In this document: piece by piece, positions 58,882-64,000 of the stretch
Numbering within the stretch: the stretch's first letter is position 1
Layout of the letters: each line of letters starts with the position of its first letter
Assembly (NCBI RefSeq): GCF_009914755.1
Contig: NC_060936.1
Strand: one strand, 5' to 3'
Length of the DNA: 64,000 nucleotides
Source of the DNA: the human T2T-CHM13v2.0 reference genome, Homo sapiens
The notes under the pieces: generated by a model
What the model was told of the DNA's origin: nothing
Database searches by the model: none
The model's input: only the letters and a program-made list of their open reading frames with translations
Made by a program: the position numbers and the translations under genes

Positions 58882-59425
58882 CTGTAACAACATTGGGATA
58901 TTTTAGTATTAGATGCAGTTACGAGGCCATAATGTAGACAAACTTTGGGAGTAGAAAAATAAAACACACTCCTGCTCTTTAATATTATAGTGTCAACAAG
59001 TTAAACAAGAAAGAAGCAAAAATCACTTAAGGTGAACATACAACATTTTCAATGAAACATCTAAGAAGAGCTTGTAGAAAAATAATTCAACTGCATTCTT
59101 CTAGCTTTGATTACTGGAATTAGTTTGACTTTATGAAAATGCACATAGTTCTTAAATTCTTCCCTTCTCTATGTCCGACTTCTCACCCACAGTATTCTTA
59201 GTCAATCTCTCTGTTAATAGTCAATATTAACAATACATGTTAGTATTCAAGGCTTTATTTCTGAACAGGCATTAACAACATCTGGTTTAGGTCCTAACAT
59301 GTCTACCTGCTCCTACATTATTTGTCTCACATGTAAGCTATTCAAGTATCACTCTGAGGGCTAGAAGTTCCAATTCTCTTGGAGGACCATGAAAATGCTC
59401 AGATAGACCAAAACACATCTCGTAC

Positions 59426-59517
59426 CTAAAGCCATACACTTCAGAAAAGTTTTCTTCACCTTGGACCAGTGTTAAATATTCCTTAGGGTTCTCCAAGTAC
59501 ATGTCTGCACAATAAAT
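59426..59517 (-). CDS. ADAMTS20: ADAMTS20 coding exon (GON domain), 92 nt
   Basis: Acceptor ttctttag|ATT, donor TTTAG|gtacga. Translates [30 protein letters not shown](R); preceded by an 87-nt intron. Confidence 0.95.
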
Positions 59518-59604
59518 CTAAAGAAAAAATGTAAACATCTAGAAAAACTTTTTCCAAAGTCAATGATCAATGTTAAAATAAAAAAGGAACTGTTTTCATA
59601 ATAC

Positions 59605-59699
59605 CTTTATTATTCTTCCCTTAATGTTAAGGTAATAGTCACCATCCTTTCTAATGTGGTTTTTCACTTGAATTTCTTTGCAGGTGGTAAATGATTTAC
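59605..59699 (-). CDS. ADAMTS20: ADAMTS20 coding exon (start of GON domain), 95 nt
   Basis: Acceptor tctttgaag|GT, donor AAG|gtatta. Translates (C)KSFTTCKEIQVKNHIRKDGDYYLNIKGRIIK; phases match both neighbours. Confidence 0.93.
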
Positions 59700-59892
59700 C
59701 TTCAAAGACAAATTAACACAACTTAACACAGAGCAAATTACAAACACAGCAAGAACTTAATCATAGAAATATTGCTACACTCTGAATATCTGACACTTTG
59801 TTTTGTGGAGTGTGAAACTACTACAGATATTTATTTTAACTGAAACTTATTAGAAACCCTTAGGTATTAGATTTTTGAAGTCTACTACTTAC

Positions 59893-60022
59893 AGTCATTG
59901 GCATAACATTTCTTTTGAGCACCTGGTTTTAAATGGTTTAAACATAAGTCACTGGACAAACCATGTTTGGTAATGCATTTCACTTGTCTCTTCATTATCC
60001 CAATTCCACAAGTCACTGAGCA
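59893..60022 (-). CDS. ADAMTS20: ADAMTS20 coding exon (last TSP1 repeat), 130 nt
   Basis: Acceptor ttttcacag|TGC, donor GACT|gtaagt. Translates CSVTCGIGIMKRQVKCITKHGLSSDLCLNHLKPGAQKKCYAND (CSVTCG TSR signature). Confidence 0.96.
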
Positions 60023-60733
60023 CTGTGAAAAGAGTAAAATTTGAAGGCAAACTATATTATGAATCTTAAGGCCATAAAATCCAAGTCTCCTTTTCTTAGA
60101 CCAGGTATTTCTGGAGCACACTGAGGGTCAGTAGTGGCTAGATACACAGAAGACACAAAACTATGCTGGGGGCTGGATAGTCGCCGGTGGGAAAAATCCT
60201 TAGGCATGAGCCTGAATCTATTATTTCTCAGTTACTGGCTTCTTTTAATTCATTTTGTGCAGTTAGCAACAATACATTGTAAATACTTAATAAACATTAG
60301 TCAGTGATGGTAATTAAAACTATCTCATTAAGTTATATGCTAAGTTTGCAAAGTGATATTTACTTGCTTTCTATCAATTAAATTGGAAATAGAATATGAT
60401 ATAAATAACTTTTATTACTCATATATTAGATTTATTTACTTCTTCACTTAACCAATAAATATTTCTTAAGCACTTACTCAAAGTGCAAGCCACTGTGCTA
60501 AGTTATCTAAGGAACAGAAATAAGTATGAGTTATGGTCTCTGCTTTAAGCGAGTTATAGCAAGCATCGAACAAGAGATAAAATATTTATATAAATAACTG
60601 GTAATGTGGATTTTAGAAAATAGTGGTCTGAGGCAACTCTGAGGATCTAGTTAGACATACAAACAGATTACCAGATTTCCCACACCTAGAAAGTCTTATT
60701 CAGAAGTTTTAAAATTCATAATTGTACACCGAC

Positions 60734-60931
60734 CTTGCTCCATTTTCCAACTTTCCAAGTGGCCAAATGCAAACAGCTGTTAATGCATTGGTAAACCTGA
60801 GAGGAAGGCACCACAGGGCATTCTTGATAAACTATAGGCCGAAGTCGATGGAGCTTATGTTTCTTAGTAGATGGGATCTCGGTGCAATATGTAATCCTTT
60901 GTCTGTAACTAAATCCACAGTTGTTTGCACA
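60734..60931 (-). CDS. ADAMTS20: ADAMTS20 coding exon (TSP1 repeat region), 198 nt, phase 0-0
   Basis: Acceptor tttttcag|TGT, donor AAG|gtcggt. Translates CANNCGFSYRQRITYCTEIPSTKKHKLHRLRPIVYQECPVVPSSQVYQCINSCLHLATWKVGKWSK (WxxGxWS TSR motif); in frame with the next exon. Confidence 0.93.
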
Positions 60932-61161
60932 CTGAAAAATACATAATTACAAGAAAGAAAATGTCATTAACTTTAGCCAGGGCCTAATATTTGTCAGATG
61001 CTTAATATATATTATGCTGTGTCATTTCCACAACAATCCTATTTAATTAGCTTCATTTACAGATGAGCAAACATAGGTTCAGACATTAGACAAGTTTCCC
61101 AGAGTTGTACCAATAAAGGAAAGAAACTCAGATCCAGGCTAGATTTTCTAGCTGTAGTGCC

Positions 61162-61187
61162 TGTGTGTGCGTGTGTGTGTGTGTGTG
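61162..61187. repeat. (TG)n microsatellite
   Basis: Direct reading. Confidence 0.85.
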
Positions 61188-61439
61188 TTTTCATTACATT
61201 ACCATCTTAATTGTATGAAACTATATCTCCCAATAGGCACAGCATTGGAGGAATAAAACATTTTGAGGGTCCTTACTGGAAATAAAGGGCATCTATTAGC
61301 CTTAGATCACTGGTAACTATGTATAAGTTAGCACACATGTATCTTCATAGATATACTGTAAAGTCTAATAACACTTGACTAAAATAGGTAAGTGATTTAG
61401 GTGTAAATTAAAGCCCCAATCCAAAAATGGGCAAATAGA

Positions 61440-64000
61440 TTTCTGCTTTTAGCAAAAGAGGAGTAACAAGGAATAGATTTACCTTCTAACTTTAAACAAC
61501 TAAAACATCTGAACAAAATATATAAAGCAATGGCTTTTAAGACACTCAACATTGGACAGTAAAGAATAGTAATCCATGACAGATGAGAAACAAAGTGACA
61601 CTATAAAATCATTCCAGCCTACTGCTTTGAAAAACTTTCCAGGTCTTGGCACAACGAAAGGAAGGCAGCAGAGCTCTGACCAGCAGTGTGTACATACCTG
61701 TGAGGACACCAACCAAAGTAAGGCAATTAACCAAACAAAAGGCTTAGAAGTTACTTTCTGTAATGATCACACAGAACCAAATATAGTGCCTATTCCCTCC
61801 AGCTAGACTGGAAAATTTAAATACATGAGGAAATAGGTAAAGTACTCAAAAGGGTCTTGCCACAGTAGAGAGGAACAGTTAACCCTAGATTAAACAATAT
61901 ACTGATCTGCCTACAAAATCTTAAGTGCAAGGCAAGAGAGAGTCAAACTGTTCTCCAACAAAATTAATGCAACCCATAACAAAACTCAAAATACATGTAT
62001 AGGAATAAAAAATATCTAGTCAGCAAAAAGGTAAAATTCATGGCTGACATGCAACAGAAAATTAATTGGAATGCAAAGAACCTGGAAAATAAGACTCATA
62101 ATGAAGAAAAAACCTGTCCATCAAAACATCCCTAGAGGGGTGACATCTGTGAAAATGGAAGAGTAAGGACATCTAAAAATTCTCTCTTCTATAATAGCAG
62201 TGACAAAATGGGCAAAATTTGCCCGATCAGTTTTTTCAGAACTCTAGAAACTGACCAAAGACTTGCAGCAATCCAGAAGGCATTTATTCAATAAACATGG
62301 CTAACTTTTGGTAAGAAGAGCAAGTTTTGTGATGGTTTAACTTCTCCTATTTCCATTCTCTTCTTTCTAGCTCCATGGTAACCTTCAAAATCAACAGCCC
62401 TGTGATTATGGTGAAACCAGAATTCCGGCAGCCACTGGAGGGGAGCAGAACAGGCTTGGATATCATTCAAAGCCTCATTCCCAGAGAATTGTCATTATTT
62501 GAACTGTTTAGTGGTTTTCTGGAAGACCCCACTTGCAAGAATGTCTTTATTTGACCTGACCTGCTCAGTGCTAAAAATCTAGGGACATTTGTTGCGCTCA
62601 ATTAAAAACCATTGTTTAACTTTGCAGTTTCCAGGATGCTGAATAACAGTTGGAGCAACAACAGGCTAGCTAAAAAGGCTTAAAAGGAAAAGCTAGGGAA
62701 TAAGATGTCCATCAGAGCTTTGAAAAGCTCCAGTGTATTAATGGGATCTAGATGGCCGTGAACATGCATCAGATTGTACACATGTCCAGGTCTGTCTGCA
62801 AGCTCAGGAAGCATCTGAGGAGGGCCTGCAGCCTCTCTTCCAGCTGACCTCAAGGCTCTACACAAGCAGAAAGTTAAGATTAAGGAACAGTTGTCAACAA
62901 CCTGATGAGTGTTGAAGGCCACACCCTACTCCCAACCCCCCAACACACAGTACCTTGGCAAAGGCTAGGGAACCAAAATTATTGGTTCCAGATATTAAGG
63001 AAATTACTGTCTAGTCATAGCTGACAACTAAACTAAGTGAGCAGAGACTTCAATGGCCATGTATGACAAACAATATAGACTTAACAGTTAGTTCAGAAAA
63101 GTCACTAAAAAACAAACAACAACAAACAGTAGCAACAACAAACCCTGGGGAGGAGGAAGAATCTGAATAGACTTATCACAAGTAAAGAGATTAAATTTGT
63201 AACCAAAACACTTCACACAAGAAAAGCCCAGGACCAAATGCTTAAAGAAGAATTAGCACCAAGTCTGCCAAAAGTATTCCACAGATAGAATAAAAAGGAG
63301 CACTGCCTAACTCATCCTATGAAGCCAGTTTTTCCCAAATCCAGACAGACATCACAAAAAAAAAAACTATAGACCAGTAGTTCTTAAGAATATAGATGTA
63401 AAGTTCTACAACAAAACACTAGCAAAACAATTCCAGCAACACATAAAAAGGATTATACACCATGACGAAGTAAGATTTATCCCAGGAATGCAAGATTATT
63501 GTAACATATGAAAGTCAATCTATGTAATACACCATACTAATAGAAGAATGGACAAAAAATATGATAATTTCAGTAGATGTAGACTAAACATTTGACAAAA
63601 TCTAACACACTTTCATAATATAAACATGAAGCAAACTAGGACTAGAAGGGTACTTCTTCAATCTGATAAAGGGAATCTACAGAAAATCCATAGTTAGCAT
63701 ACTGAATTAGGAAAACTAAAAGTTTTCCTACAGAGAGCAGGAACAAGACTGAAATGTCTGTTTTTACCACTTCTATTTAACATTATTCTGGAATTTCTAG
63801 ACAGGGAAATTGGACAAGGAAAGGTACAAAAGGCATCCATCTTTAAAGAAAGAAGTAAAACTATCTCTATTTGTAGATGAGATGATATTGTAAGTAGAAA
63901 ATCCCATTTAATCCACACACTAAATAATTAAATCCCCCAAAAAATTTTCAATACACAAAAAACAATTCTATTTCTATACACAAGCAACGAATAATAAGAA
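61440..64000 (+). mobile_element. Old L1M fragments (5' region and ORF2)
   Basis: AAAAGCCCAGGACCAAATG, TTATCCCAGGAATGCAAG, TATTTGTAGATGAGATGAT; continues past the window end. Confidence 0.7.

Noticed and set aside
58581-58967. 128-aa ORF as a standalone gene (likewise 52622, 39762 and 59885)
   Set aside because: Only the central parts are ADAMTS20 exons bounded by AG/GT; the flanks are intron read-through.

Overview
Human genomic DNA: AT-rich and dense in Alu, L1, MaLR and MER repeats. The right half holds the last 8 exons of ADAMTS20 on the minus strand (recognised from the protein sequence). I spliced them by hand at GT-AG junctions into one open frame: the last TSP1 repeats, then the GON domain, ending ...[16 protein letters not shown] at 37580. 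A 3'UTR of about 1.45 kb probably ends near 36135. The left half is downstream intergenic DNA made mostly of transposon fossils: an internally deleted L1PA, an ERVL pol remnant, a solo MER41B LTR, a full-length THE1D, and MADE1/MER53 palindromes. Most ORFs in the supplied track are repeat-derived or spurious. I see no convincing new gene system. The most interesting signals are: (1) an apparent L1 3' transduction carrying an MLT1D LTR segment, with templated filler at its 5' junction; (2) a MER41B with both STAT1 GAS motifs intact; (3) three young AluY insertions (Yb8, Yg6, Ya4/5); (4) an L1 joined 5'UTR-to-ORF2 (possible spliced integrant) with a nearby 138-bp copy of its breakpoint region; (5) a 39-nt orphan poly(A)/TSD insertion; (6) template-switch hairpins; (7) miR-29/101/124 sites split by candidate alternative poly(A) signals. 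Repeat subfamily calls come from remembered consensus sequences and need RepeatMasker/Dfam confirmation.
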